Assembly (NCBI GenBank): GCA_028023455.1
Contig: JAQFVV010000004.1
Span: forward strand, 16,244,001-16,308,000
Direction: 5' to 3'
Length of the DNA: 64,000 nucleotides
Origin: Epiperipatus broadwayi
Lineage: Eukaryota > Animalia > Onychophora
Position 1 is the stretch's first letter. Each line of letters begins with the position of its first letter. The notes below the pieces were generated by a model that made no database searches, was not told the origin of the DNA, and worked only from the letters and a program-made list of their open reading frames with translations. Shown here piece by piece: positions 50,214 to 63,940 of the stretch. Both the position numbers and the translations under genes were made by a program.

Positions 50214-51218
50214 AAAACACTACATGATCACCATTTCATATGCTCCATGCTATTAATAAGAGTACCAAATTCTCCATACAATAGTACCACTAAATGTAAG
50301 CTTTTATAATCAATGGATGTAAGAACGTTTGTGCATAAAATCCCTAACTAGTGCCTACTCATCCATCATCCCCAGACTAGTTTCTAGCTTGTGGCTTTTA
50401 TTAGTGAGGAGCCTTAGATTTGAGAGCATGGCACCTAAATCTTAGAATGTAATGCATCTCTCCAGCATCTACCTTTTACCTATTTGATTAACTATAAAGC
50501 TAGAATCCCAAGATGATGTTTCCTACCCAAGCTCATTCACTTGTATAATCATATAGATCTGAATTCACATCAGCATCTATACATTTTGGTGTCTTGTTTT
50601 TCAAAAACCACAGTCTCCTCACTGATGAAAGCCACAAGCTAGAAACTAGTCTAGGGATGTTGGATGAGTAGGTACTAAATAGGGATTTATGCACAAATCT
50701 TTGTGCATTCATTGATTATGAAGGCTTGCATTTGGTGGCACTACTGTGTGGAGAGTTTGGTATTCTTATTAACAGCATGTTTAAGCATATGAAATGATGA
50801 TCCTGTGTAGTTTTGATGGTTTTATATCTATCTTGCCCATAGAGTGATGGTAACTGTGGCTTTTGAAAAATTAAAATCACCAAAAGTATAGATGCTAAAC
50901 TGAGTTCAGATCTATAGGACTATACAAGCTTGGGTTGGAAACATTATTATATTTTCATTTTGGGCTCCTAGTTTTATAGTTAACCAAATAGGTAAAAGAT
51001 GGCTACTGGATGGTTGCATTATACCTAAGATCTAGGTTCAGTGCTCTCAAATCTAAGGTTCCTTACTAATGAAAGCCACAAGCTAGAAATTGGTCTGGGG
51101 ATGTTGGATGTATAAGCACTAGATAGAGATTTTATTCATAAACCTTTCTGCATCCATTGATTATGAATGCTTGTATTTGATGTCACTACTGTATGGATAA
51201 TTTGGTACTCTTATTAAG
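50214..51218. mobile_element. Family B element: antisense arm of about 400 nt plus about 1.35 sense monomers (period 444), three hammerhead motifs
   Basis: Antisense 50214-50614; the sense arm starts at 50615. Cores at 50622 (CTGATGA), 51066 (CTAATGA) and near 50400 on minus (CTAATAA). Degenerate TSD GAAGTTT..CT..ATT. Confidence 0.85.
50616..50657 (+). ncRNA. Family B type I hammerhead motif with intact core
   Basis: TCCTCA-CTGATGA-A-AGC-CACAA-GCT-A-GAAA-CTAG-TC|TAGGGA. ACTAGT palindrome, GUC triplet ending at 50651. Other copies have TGGGGA, giving a full helix I. Confidence 0.75.
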
Positions 51219-51537
51219 AAGTTTCATCTATTGAAAAAAATATCTTCCGGATAATAAATACAAAAAACTTATATGCTCAATTTTATAAGGTGAGCCAAAT
51301 CATCTTAAATTGCTATAGGTTATTTAGATTTATCCTTAGAGAAATACTGAAAGAAAATATGTCTCTATGTTATTTGACTTTTAGTTAATAGGATTTGGGT
51401 TTTTTTTTTCTTCTTTTCTAATAGTAGCTAAATGTCCAATTAATTATTATTAGATGGATTTATTCCAGATTAGTTATCTTTTTATACCCAAGTGCTTATT
51501 CTCCTTGGCCATAAAAATCTTCTAATGTTAGTTCTTA

Positions 51538-51650
<113 letters not shown>

Positions 51651-54600
51651 TGATCATGATGATAATTAAATGGTCAATTATTTGAATTATCATGTGATGT
51701 TTAAAAACTAGAAATGACAAACGGAATTTTGATCAGGAGTTCTTCTTTCACTATCATTGCATTAATAGCTATAATTACATTTTTGAGGAACTTTTTAGTA
51801 AATAGGTGGATATATATGACTTCCAGGATTTGTCCAACTAGGAAGATTTTATTTATAACAGGACTTAATCTCATGAGAGAATCATAGCATAGTAATTAGA
51901 TACTCTCCACTCTTTTTCTAAGAACAAAAATGGAATAGAATTTAGTTCACTGACAAAATTATTTTATCATTAACTCAAATGTTTACTTACATTATATCAA
52001 CTGCTTTCTATATATCCATATATTAGTAACAAATTAGATATTTTGTCTTAAAAGTATAATATATATATAAGCTTGGTTTTGTATTAGATATTGATATGTA
52101 AAGTGTCAATTTCAAATTCTCATACAGAGCACAATGTCTTTGCAGCAGTAATGACAAATATTTGAATTTGCTTGAAAATTTGTTATGGTATTTTATTTAT
52201 AATTATAAATATTGGAATTCTAGATATTAATCACTGATAGGGATTTTTAAGAGGTTTCGTTCTCATCTCCCAGCTTAAAACAACTCTATATTCATTGGTC
52301 TAAGTCACGGTTACATGAAAAAAATGCGGCTTGTCATTGAATTTGGAACTTTGGATAAGAACCACCCTACAAACACATAAGCAAACATTTGTTCAATTTT
52401 TCTTTTGCTGAAATGAAATGTATAGTTTATTTAATGAACCGTGAAACATGAAAAATAAAATAAGATAAACTACTCATTTTAGATGAAATTAAGCAAGCAT
52501 AATCCAACCTAAAGTAAATGTTTTGATGTTTTACGAATACTTTATTTTAAAAACTTCAAACTGCTGCTTAACAATGCTGCTCTTTTGTGTGCATTCATAA
52601 AATTAATCTTCAAACTAATTAACAAAGCAGTGATCAAAATTATGATTATTTTAATTTTTTGTATATTTTAAATTTGCTTTAAAATACGTGATTAATAAAA
52701 CAATCTACTTAAAATTCTTGGTGATTTTAAAGCTGCTTAAATTTAATAAATATTAATATACTTTTTTAAATTTGTTTTTGACAATTTGTCAAACATGGAT
52801 TTCAAAAGTCAGAACCTATCTCTGCCGTGAATATGAAATTAATTATGAAAAATAAAGCACTTTTTTAAAATATATATTGAACAAAAATATATAAAACTCA
52901 TTATATATATATATCTGTACGTCTTGAGCCTTAAAATTTGATCATACTTATCCATCTAGACATCAAGAAGTAAAAAAAAAGAGCTCAATCAACCTTAAAG
53001 TGGGAAGATTGCAATAAAATCTTTGTGTGTATTATTGTTACTGATCAGTATTGTTTCTGGACTGCTGTGTTTATTGTGATACCTAGTGATTTTACCCACC
53101 TTCAGGCCGAAAATGTATATAGAGAAATGTAAAAACATTGATTAAAGTTTATGATGGTAATTCTGTTATGTTTATACGTAGTGGTAATTGCCCCGTTCTA
53201 ATTAAGAATCAATTATGAATGAGCATTAGACAGATTCTTGATATTTATATAACATTATGTAAATATCATTCTATAATAGGAAGTGACAATTCTTCATTGA
53301 TAAATAAACATTTAAATACGAATTATATGTGATAAGTGACATTACGTATGTACCACCTTATCGTGTTTGTAAAAAAAAAAAAAAATGTACATTGCTATGC
53401 AATAATTATAAATTGTCTTTTTGTATTCCAGAAAAAATAAGAAAATATATTAGAGAATTTTTTTTTTTTTTTTAGATCACTAACTGCTAAAAGTAAAATT
53501 AATGAACGTTTGGGTAAAGTAATTTAAGAAAAGCGAACGTTGTATAATTAAATCAGATAGAAAGTAGAAATGTTTACTTAATGATTAATTTGCGTAGCAT
53601 TTAACAATAGAAAATATGTGATAAGAAAATTGCGTTTAATAAATACCAAGAAATATTTGCTGATTATAAATATTTCTTCAATAGAAGTGGAACCGACTAA
53701 TTAAAAACTTCAAGAGGAAACAAGACTGATAACAATCAAGAATGAAACCCAGATTGGTGGAGGACAAACTGTGTAAATAAATAGTGTGTACAGAAAAGTG
53801 TGTGGTTCTGATTCCAGTGAATTTACTAAGTGAACTGTTGGTAGTAGATTTTAATGGGCAGTAGCTGAAAGAATCTTAAGTGATGGAGTAGCGCTCTAGT
53901 GTGGAGCCAATGTGATCATGAGCAGCAGCTGAATGAAGCCAAAGAGCTGTTTGAGGAATCAAATCAAAATGTTTTGGAAACTGAAGCCAAAGAAAACCAT
54001 ACAGAAAGCAGCAAACTGTAGTGCATCGTGGAAATTGAACCATAAGTGAAATATATATATACAGTACTGTGTTGGAGTGTATCAATAACTTTTTGCTATT
54101 ATTCCAGTCCCTATCTAAATATTATTTATTGACTTATTTGTTGGTATTCTGAGTGCCCTATATACTCACAGAATCTTCATTCATCATTATTGATTCTGGC
54201 AAAAAATAATTAAATTCCAAAAGAATCATGTAACTTTTACATGCATTTGTAGAGCAATAAATCTACTGTATTCACTTAATAATGTACGACTTCAAAAGTC
54301 AAAATTTTACATAAAAAACAAAAAAAAAAAGGAATGATCTCTGGATAGAAAAAAAAAGAAGTAATGATAACAAATAATGCATTATAAAAATACAAAATTT
54401 TTATTTTGTTTTTAACTCTTGCACACACCCCCCCCTTCATACATTCTCTGTTAGCTATTTTACTTTCTAATTTGAAAGCACATATAGAAGTATGTTATCA
54501 TAGTAAATGATTTCCTTTTTAAAACTAAATTTACAAATAATTGTCAATGAAAATGTGGCAATATTGACAATTTACAAAAATGATTTTATGTTCACCATTA

Positions 54601-54866
54601 TAAAGATACACAATCTTTTAACGCTGTAAAATCAACATATTTTTTTAAAAAACTTTCATCTTATTATCATATTCAATAACTTTTTTGAATGTAATTGCCT
54701 GTAACAATCAAGTAAAACTTGGATAAATTTTTATTAATATTTTTTTCATACCATACTGACAAAAAATGTGCTTTCAAAAATAGTTTCCCTTTTTTTAAAA
54801 TCTAGGTCATTTTCTATAATCCTGAGTAAACAATGAACACCAGATGAGATTGCTACAATTTTCACA

Positions 54867-54907
54867 TTCCCAGACTAGTTTCAAGGGTTTTCCTTTATTA
54901 GTGAAGA
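54867..54907 (-). ncRNA. B-like hammerhead remnant with a different helix II (core CTAATAA, inactive)
   Basis: Sense TCTTCA-CTAATAA-AGGAAAACCCTT-GAAA-CTAG-TC|TGGGAA. Confidence 0.55.
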
Positions 54908-55047
54908 CTTAGTATTCAAAATTGGAATTAGTACATTTAAGCGGGCAGCTAGCAATTTGTTTTTAATACTATTTCAATTTTTAGTCTGAAATTAATATAT
55001 AACGTTTTGAAACCAAATCATTTCATATGGTTGTATATATCTGACAT

Positions 55048-55778
55048 TACAAAGAAATCAAGTCATATATCACATGACCTAATTTAACAAACTTGTATTA
55101 CAAATGTTATATATAGAGCTTGCAAATAAACTCTTAATAAGCTTTGCAGAATATTCCCAACTCAGACCGGTTTCTGTTGCTAGCTTCCTCAGTGAGGTGC
55201 TAGGATATTCAAGCATTAGATTAAAAATACTAGGACAAGCCCAGAACTTTATCTCATGGATAAACTATTAAGTAGAAAATCTGAAATTTTCTGACATCCA
55301 TATGACTTCCAATCCGGCTATCTAACTTAAATAGCCATATGGGACTGAACCAAGTTCAGATACACCATATAATAATAACTTTAGCAAAGCTTGTTAAGAG
55401 CTTATTTATGAGGTCTATATATAACATTTGTAATACAAGCTTGTTAAATTAGGTCATGTGACATATGACTTGATTTCTTTGTAATTTGATGATTTTATAT
55501 TGCTAAAGTTATTAATATATGATATATCTGACTTGGTTCAGTCCCATATGGCTATTTAAGTTACATAATTGGATTGGAAGATATATGGATGTCTGAAAAT
55601 TTCAGAATTTGTACTTAATAGTTATCCATTAGATAAAGTACTGGGCTTGTTCTGGTATTTTTAATCTAATGTTTGAATATCCTAGCACCTTGCTGAGGAA
55701 GCCAATAGCAGAAACCGATCTGGTGTTGGGGATATTCTGCAAAGCTTTTTAAGAGCTTATTTGCGAGCTCTGCATATA
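55048..55778. mobile_element. Family C hammerhead retroelement: antisense arm plus about 1.1 sense monomers (period 355), 11-bp TSD
   Basis: 55048-55386 is antisense. GCAAAGCTT.TTAAGAGCTTATTT repeats at 55384 and 55739. TSD ATATCTGACAT at 55037 and 55779. Hammerheads at 55156-55204 (minus) and 55681-55731 (plus). Confidence 0.85.
55156..55204 (-). ncRNA. Family C type I hammerhead motif
   Basis: Sense CCTAG-CAC-CTCA-CTGAGGA-AGCTAGCAACA-GAAA-CCGG-TC|TGAG-TTGGG. ACCGGT palindrome, GUC triplet, 3-nt bulge in helix I. Helix II is weak in this copy (A-GC-CAATA-GC-A in the sister copy). Confidence 0.7.
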
Positions 55779-56053
55779 ATATCTGACATATCACTACAAT
55801 AAATTACTGAGTCTCTGTCAGATATATATATAACCATGCAAGAGAATTAACATGGGTTCATCTTAATGCACAGGTACTTTAGCTCCTGCTTAAAATCCTA
55901 AGTCTTTAAACATGAAAAGAACCTCATATAAGAGTCTAAGAATGTAGATAATCTAACATTTTTTTCTTCACACCTCTACCACCTACTGTAAGTTTTACTA
56001 ACTAATAGATATCAAATGATATTGCTTAAGATATCCCTATTCACTATTGTTCT

Positions 56054-56105
56054 ATCCAATATCCCAGACTAGTTTTTAGACTTATGGCTTTTATCAGTGA
56101 GGACC
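56054..56105 (-). mobile_element. Family B hammerhead fragment
   Basis: Sense GGTCCTCA-CTGATAA-AAGCCATAAGTCT-AAAA-ACTAGTC-TGGGATATTGGAT. The core is mutated. Confidence 0.6.
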
Positions 56106-56747
56106 ATTTATTGTAAGCTTTAGTAACTAAAAGAATGACAGACGATAGTAGTTAATTAATTGCCATTTTTAAATCCCCCACATGTTAAATTTTAAAACTA
56201 AGTCTGTTATCTTTCATAAATTTTAATCTTAATTAGCTCATTAATACACCCGAAGGTATTTATTGGAAAAAAAAACAAAACGCTGTACAACATTTACTTA
56301 ACATTGTGCTTATATGGTCACCTGCAGTAATATTTTGCTAATTTTTTTTAAAAAAATTTCAAAACTGCAAATTAAAGACCTTCAATCTATTAAATTAAAA
56401 AAAAAAAATGAAGAAATCATGTATGTAATGGATTTAGTTTTTTGTAACCCAGATTTGAAATCATTTGTGAGATTACTTCAAGAAAATTCTTGGACTAATA
56501 AAAAAAAAAAAAAGCAATTATTTTACATAATAATTGTTTATTAATTTTTAACAAACAAAAGTATACCTGATTGCACTTTTATTTTATATATATATTATTT
56601 TGTAACATAGAAACTATCATGACACAAAGAAAATCGTGGTCAGTATGACGGCTATGCCTTGAAAAACTGATTGCTAATGTCATTATCAACACTATGGTAG
56701 GATATTTTGAGATATTCTAAAAATTTTACTGTAATTTTAATATTTTA

Positions 56748-56999
56748 TGATATAATGAGTTGCTAATAGCTCTAAACAAGCTTTTCCAATAAATGCCACA
56801 AGAGAAAGTATTTAAAATCTCTATTTAGAATTATTCCTATCCCCAAACTAGTTCAAACTAATAACACTTGTCAGTTGTTAGCTCAAAACGAGTTTGGGGA
56901 TAGGAATAATTCTAGATAGATATTTTAAATGTTTTCTCTTGTTTAGAGCTTATTAGCAAGCTCATTAAGTCAAGTCACATGATATATAACTTGATTTTC
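56748..56999. mobile_element. Family D (C-related) inverted-arm insertion with a degenerate hammerhead
   Basis: The arms pair (ATTCCTATCCCCAAACT/AGTTTGGGGATAGGAAT). The minus strand reads CTGACAA...TGAACTAGTT|TGGGG. TSD TTAATATTTTA at 56737 and 57000. Confidence 0.7.
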
Positions 57000-59900
57000 T
57001 TAATATTTTAATATTTTAAAACTGAATTTTATAGATTTATCAGAGTTTTACAATTATTCATTTTTATTTTAAAAATAAATTTCAGTCAAGAAGATTTTGT
57101 TTAGTTTCTGAAATTGCATGCTTAACTATTTTCCTATCCAAAATTGAATAATAGAAACATCCTTTGTTCTCATTACATACTGTGTTTATTATTATTATTT
57201 CAATATTTGCCTAAGTTCAAATGTGAATTTTTTTTTTAGATTTTGTTTTTTAAAATTATATTTCTAACAAATCAAATTCAATTTACTGAACTCTTATACA
57301 AAATAAAGATTTAATGCTTAAAACAAATGCTGAATGATTACAAAATCTGTCACTAAGAACAATACAATTATTGCTTTGTTGAAGAGTTAATATTTGTAAA
57401 ACTGGATATATATATCTACAACACATTTTGTATATTAATCTTATTTTAAATCAAAAAATATTAATTCTAATATTTATAATATTGGACATACATTTCTATT
57501 AATTTTAACAATCCTGGAAATAAATGCAAATTAAATATGCAGAGAATATACAATCATATTATTGAGTAAATAAATTTTTTTTAGACTTTTAAAGAATTAA
57601 TTTAATAAACTTGGAATAATAATTAAATATAATTGCTAAAAAACAAGAGTACTGAAACTACCAAGTTTAATGTTTATTGAATATGTATTTACCATATGTT
57701 AAACCTATTCTATATCTGTATATCATAGTAATAAAAAAAATAAGTAAATAAGCATTGTCTTGTTTTTTCCCCCTTCATTTTTATGTAAAATGCATATCAG
57801 TTTATTTAATGATTTATTTTATTTATTTTTAGCTTCTCCAAAGGTTTAGTAATAAATATTAAATCAACTTCAGTAAATGTTTTTTTTTTTAAAAAGTTAG
57901 TGATTAAAGTTTCATTAGCTAATTTCTAGAGGACAAATGAAAGTCATAAATTATGTAGAACATTATGAAATTAAGAAAGTCAAAATAAAAACATGGTTCT
58001 CACTTACATTAGAATTTTTCATTCATTCACAGAACTAAATCTATCTCTTCTTTTTATAAATATGTATATGTTAATTTATTTATTTTAATATATATGTGTG
58101 TGTGTGTTGCAAATTATATGTAAATATTATTTATTTATGCAATGTTCTTTTAACATTAATGTCATATCAGGATAAGAACATTTAAATTTGCCATTTCTTC
58201 GATATGGTGTAAAATGATTCTCTTTCATTCATCGCATGCACCTCGTGGAAAATGAAGAGATTTTTTGTACTTCTTGAAAATGAAGGTTGTACCTTTGAAA
58301 ATGTTAGAAGAATCAACAAAGTTTATCATTCAGTGATTGGGTTTGATTTGATTAATATATAGTTTTGCTTTCGAAATTATATAAGTGTGTGTATTTCTAA
58401 TATTAACGCAAAATATTAAAAGTATTACATGTCATTTAATATAAAGCAAATTGCCTCTTTAGACTTAATAATAGCAATAATTAATTGTATTAATTAATGT
58501 CAATATTAAGATATATTGAGATACCTTATAATACATATAAATTTAATAGAAATGAACTTCTATGAAATGCAAAACTGATTAATATTTAATAATACAATAT
58601 GTAATTTTTTTTTTAGGTCTTTGAAAAAGATTGCTGAAAAATTGAAATTTTGAAATTAATTAAATTAAACATTGCAAAAAATAATTACAATGGGGGAAAT
58701 AATCTGTTTCATATAAAATGGTATTTAAATAAGTTACATCTTTTAATTTAAATAACAAAATTTAAAAGATCTCTTGTAATTTTGTCACTCTTTAGAAATG
58801 CTGAATTTTCTGTTGTGATTTTTCCAAAATGATCATGCAAAAGTATTTGGATGAAAATATATATAATTCAGAATTGAAATGTCAATTATAAACTGTAGAT
58901 GAATTGTTATTAATCCATTGTTCTTGATTTCCTTCTCGGTCTGTAGCATATATTTAGTTTTATGGATTTCAAAAATAAGTAGGCTTTTTTTAATAATTTG
59001 ATGTAGTATTCCACATACCATATTAATTTTGTTTATTTATTTTTGCACAATTTATATTTCTTTTTAGATTACGATTTTATATATAATGATAATAGTCATT
59101 TTAAAATCGATTTTAAAATTAATAATGAATGCAATTGTTTCTACGTCTTTGGATATTTCATCAATAACAAAACATTCTGAAGTTAAGAGATTTGTGACAT
59201 ACCAACATTACACAAAAATTTCAACACAAAAGCATGGAAAAGCTATATAAATGAATTTTAGAATTGATTTGCAATGGATATAAAGAAGCAGGTTATAAAA
59301 AGTTTGGCAGTAACGAAGATTTTTGAACTTGATCATATTATAATTAAATATTCATTTGAAGCACAGATAATTTAAATTAGAAATTTTATTATCTTTATCA
59401 TATTATGATACCATCTACTTCTATAGAAAAGTGTGTTATACTTGAAGAGATCGGAGGTTGAAGGAGAGAGTGAAAAAAAAAGAGCCACCAATGGCTAAAT
59501 GCATATGGTAATGAATGTACCACTGAGAAAACTAAAACACCAAACAGATTGTAGGTTGTTCTAAAAAATTCAAAAGTCATCATCAATCAATTTTATTATA
59601 ATCTGACTTACTCTGAAAAATGTGAAAACATAATTTTTGTTGACAGGTCAAGTAATATAAAAAACTTAATGAAAGGAATCTATGAACATTTGAGAATTTT
59701 CATATTATCTTTAGAAAAAAAAAAAAAGTTTTTATTCAGTAGCATTTATGAATCCAGTGAAGAGGATGGAAAAAATATATGCATTTTCTATGTCAAAACA
59801 TATACTTATCCAAAACTAAAACAAATCCATCTAGCTCTATATCTATGACATTGGTAGTAAATATGGTTACCAACTATGAAGAATTGACCTGAGTGACAAT

Positions 59901-60309
59901 ATTACATAAATGGTGAATAAATATTTTAATATTGCATAAAGAATACTCAAGATAAAAAATTAGGGAAGCATACTACATACACTCATGTTATCCTTTTTCC
60001 TCTCCAGAAAATGGACTTTCTGTCACTTATTAACACTCTCTAATTTTACATAAATTTGAATTTCCACATCACTATATATATATATACTTAAGTACACTCT
60101 CACAATTTACCCCAACTCTGATTATGAGAGTATTGTAACTCTCAAAAGCACTCAGCCTTATTTTGTTATTTTAACTGGAAAGAACAAAATCTTCTCTTCA
60201 ACTGCGTATTAACACACTATTTAATCTATTACTTTTGAAGTATAAAGCTTATATCTTTTAATTTAAAATATCATCTACACAGTTTTCTTTTCAAAAATAG
60301 TTCATCCCT

Positions 60310-60650
60310 TTCAATATATATAAATGAATACACCAAACTTCGTTTTAAATCTTGTTTTTTATATGACTATTCTAAAAATATAACTACACAGCAATGTTTC
60401 AACTATTTTATAATATTAGGCTTTTAAAGAAAAACTGAAAAATACAAATATATAAATATAATTAAAAAGAGAATTTGTTTGGAATATGTGATATTTATTA
60501 TTATATATTTGTATTTTTATTTTTCAGTTTTTTTTTAAAAGACTATATTATAAATTAGTCGAAACGTTGGTGTGTAATTTTATTTTTGTAATAGTCATAT
60601 AAAAAACAAGATATAAAAAGAAGTTTGATGTATTCATTTACTTATATCTT
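60310..60650. mobile_element. Fold-back of about 340 bp containing a hammerhead remnant (family F)
   Basis: The arms pair throughout. The right arm has GACTA-TATTATAAAT-TAGTC-GAAA-CGTT-GG (60541-70) with an AACGTT palindrome, but the CTGANGA core has decayed to TTTAAAA. Confidence 0.55.
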
Positions 60651-61009
60651 TAATACACAATTCGATATTTTAACCTTGAATTAATCTCTCTTTTGCCCAC
60701 CATTTAAAATAAACTTGAAATGAATATTTCCATTTCAATATACACATATATAAATACATATAAATAATGATCATCCATAAATTATAAATACAGAAAGTAA
60801 TCCAAGACTTATACAAAATAAAATAAAAATATATATACAACCTATAAATTACTTCAGTACATCCACTTGGGGACCTACAAGAGATGGATACTCAGAGATA
60901 TGAGCTGCATCCATAAAATCATTAGCACTTTACACCCTAATTATTTTTGGATTTCTAAGTGTCTGGAATAAATAATTAACTAATGAAGATTTTAGCAATA
61001 ATAATTAAT

Positions 61010-61226
61010 GTTAAAACAGGCAAAACTCACTATATATTGCCACACACAGCAAGCTGGAGTAATCAATGGATGCCAGAAGGCTTGTGCATAAAATCCCCTT
61101 CTAGTGCCTACTCATCCAATATCCCCAGATATTACTCTAGCTTGCTGTGTGTGGCAAAATATATAGTGAGTTTTGCCTGTTTTAACAACAGTTATACACA
61201 AGTTGGTGCGTGATGTTTATTGGCTT
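61010..61226. mobile_element. Family B inverted-arm insertion
   Basis: The antisense arm ends at ...ATCCCCAGA. The sense arm resumes at ATTACTCTAGC and runs to GTGATGTTTATTGGCTT. TSD AATA(A/G)TAATTAAT at 60997 and 61227. Confidence 0.88.
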
Positions 61227-63514
61227 AATAGTAATTAATAAAATTTGTTTCTTATAAAACAACACTCAACGGAGATTAACTTAACTCTATAATTATTCTA
61301 ATTGAAATGTTTATTTCAAGAATTAAAATATGTGCACTCTAAAATACTTCAGAATAATAAAATACATTCTCACATAGTTATAGAATTTTTTAAAACTTAG
61401 TCTGTGAAAATTTATTAACGTTATCTTACTGCATACATTGTATGACATCTTTGTGAAAGCTATTGCAATTAGCTGCTATATTAGAAAACTCTAAGAAATA
61501 AAATCACTATTCAGATAGCTTATTAAGTGAAAGGGAAACTACTTTGACATATACCTGAAAAGGTGTTTTAATTGAATAGCTTTTAATTAAAAGAGCAGGT
61601 AACTAACTGCTTTACTTGTCAATTTATTTTTCATTTCTTTAATCTTCTATTTGGAACTGCTTTAACTGTGAGATCTTGCTAATTTTCATATTTTTCTTTT
61701 TAGAAATTTTTTTAGTAGGCAGATAATTATTAACTTAAAATTATTTGCGTTTGTGTGTGTTTTATATATATATAATTTTAAACGTATTTATTAGAGTTAA
61801 TTTGCATGGTGGTATTTCAATTTTTTGTGAGTGTGCAATTTATTATATCATAGAAGGATTTGTCAATTCAAGGTAGACAAATCCTTAATTTGGAAAATTA
61901 TGTCCGAAACAATTCCTTCATTTTTTTTTTATTATAAAAATGTAGAAAATTATGTTCTGAAATTTGGATACAACTCCTTATGATAAAATATTGATAGGAT
62001 ACATTAAATGGTATTTAAAAAAAGGAAAAGTTCAATGATGAAACGTCCTGCACTGCACAATCTAAAAGGACTAAAGGTTTATAGGAGCCAAAGAAAGGAC
62101 CCTGAATTTGATACCTTGCATGATTCGAAATGTATTAAGATAACACCAAAGTTCATTTATGGAAAAAAAACCACAGAATTACATAGGTAAATCAGACCCT
62201 CCAGCATGAATTCCAGGGTCGTAATGTCCAGGATCTAGGGGTTAGGCTTGAGGAGGGAGGCAAAATATAATCCTAAAGGAATGCACACTAGCCAGTTTCA
62301 CCAACTCATTTCAAAATTTTTAGATTTTTTTATACTTCAATCTACTAAAACTCAATATTCAGAAGCCTCTAATATATATTGAAAATAAGCATACATATTC
62401 TTTCCAAACATTTCATTTATGCCCAAGTTCCACTTATCAACATCATCACATTGTTTAAAATAACACAATATTCCCATAATCAAATACATTAATTCCATCT
62501 GTATACAATTGATTTAGGATAAGAACACTATAAAAGTCACCAAATCTCTAAATTCAGTAGCTTGTTTTTACATTTAAATGTTTTTTATCTGCAAAGTTTG
62601 TCCATTGTCCAATAATATTCCAAACTTGCTCTTCTGACAAACTACATTTAACAAATTCACGTACAAATACTCTAGCATCCCCATGTAACAAATTCAACAC
62701 AGATATTCTAAACATGAAATTATGGTTCAATAATTATTATTAAAAAATTTGCATATTGGTTTTCTGGAACTTAAATATTTATAGATTATGTAACAAAAAT
62801 TATTAACCTTACTGCTCTGCTTACTAATACAGTTTTTTCAAATGAAATTATCTAATATTGATGCCATTAACTTATGGATAAGATAAAAAAGTCTATCATC
62901 ATAAGCCTGCTTATATCATTGTTAAAAGAATGATTAACTTAGAGAAAAGATTTCCCCTCAAATATTAATAGCAATGTTCCTTGCCTTTACTCTGCAATGT
63001 GTAAAATGTTTTTTGTTCAACTCCACTTCTCTTAAAATCAATTCTCTTTTATAATAAAATTAAAAGACGGATGAATCCCCTCCCCCCCACATTTATCATT
63101 TATGGTGCTGCAAGTTTCTTTTTTCATCACGAAAGTGTAAGAACAGATTAATCTGTATCCTATGCATTATTTTAAAAATGTATGTATTATCCCCCCCCCC
63201 CATGATTTCCCTGGATTTATTTCAGTGCTTATTAGTTTTTTTTAATTAATTTCTTTTTACAATAGCTAAGAAATGTGACTTCCTTCCCTCTATTACCATA
63301 TTTGCATAAAAAGATATTTTTAACTGGGGGGGGGGGGTTAAAAACATACTTTTAACATATGGTGTACTTGTATCTGGGCATCCTGCTTCAAAATTCCTGA
63401 TGCATGTCAAAGCCATCCTCATATCATCTTCAATATTTGGACTGTTTTCATTAAATACTTTTATTAAAGTTGCAATATCTGTTTGTTGTTTATAAACTAT
63501 TGTAATCACTTATT

Positions 63515-63940
63515 ATTTAAATTAGAATAAAAATTAAAATTGAGATTTCATAGTTTTAAATTCAATAGAATTAGTTCAAATTTTGTACATAAGAAAGAAA
63601 TACAAGGCAAAGAAATATGGGACTATAATATTTTAGGTGACCTAGTTTGTTATATCTGGACCAATTGATGGGGAAATTTTGAATATTTTAATGCCAAATT
63701 TACAATTCATTTTTAAAACTTTAATATGTTTTAAGTAAGACTCATGAGAAGGCCATATAGAGGTTTTTTTTTTTGTTTCAATTTAAAGTTATAATAGCAT
63801 TTTAAAATTGAGGTTTAATAGATTTAAATTCAATACAATTTGTTGAAATTTTGTTCACTTCTAAAAAAATCACTATCAAAATGATATAGCACTAATAATA
63901 TTTTATATAGCTAATCTAGTTTCTTAGATAGAGATCAATG
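63515..63940. repeat. Two diverged tandem copies (about 265 bp) of the unit seen at 7059-7490
   Basis: AAAATTGAG(A/G)TTT..AAATTCAATA..AAATTTTGT..TAATATTTTA at 63537 and 63804. ATTAGAATAAAA and TATTTTAGGT are shared with 7.1 kb. Confidence 0.6.
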
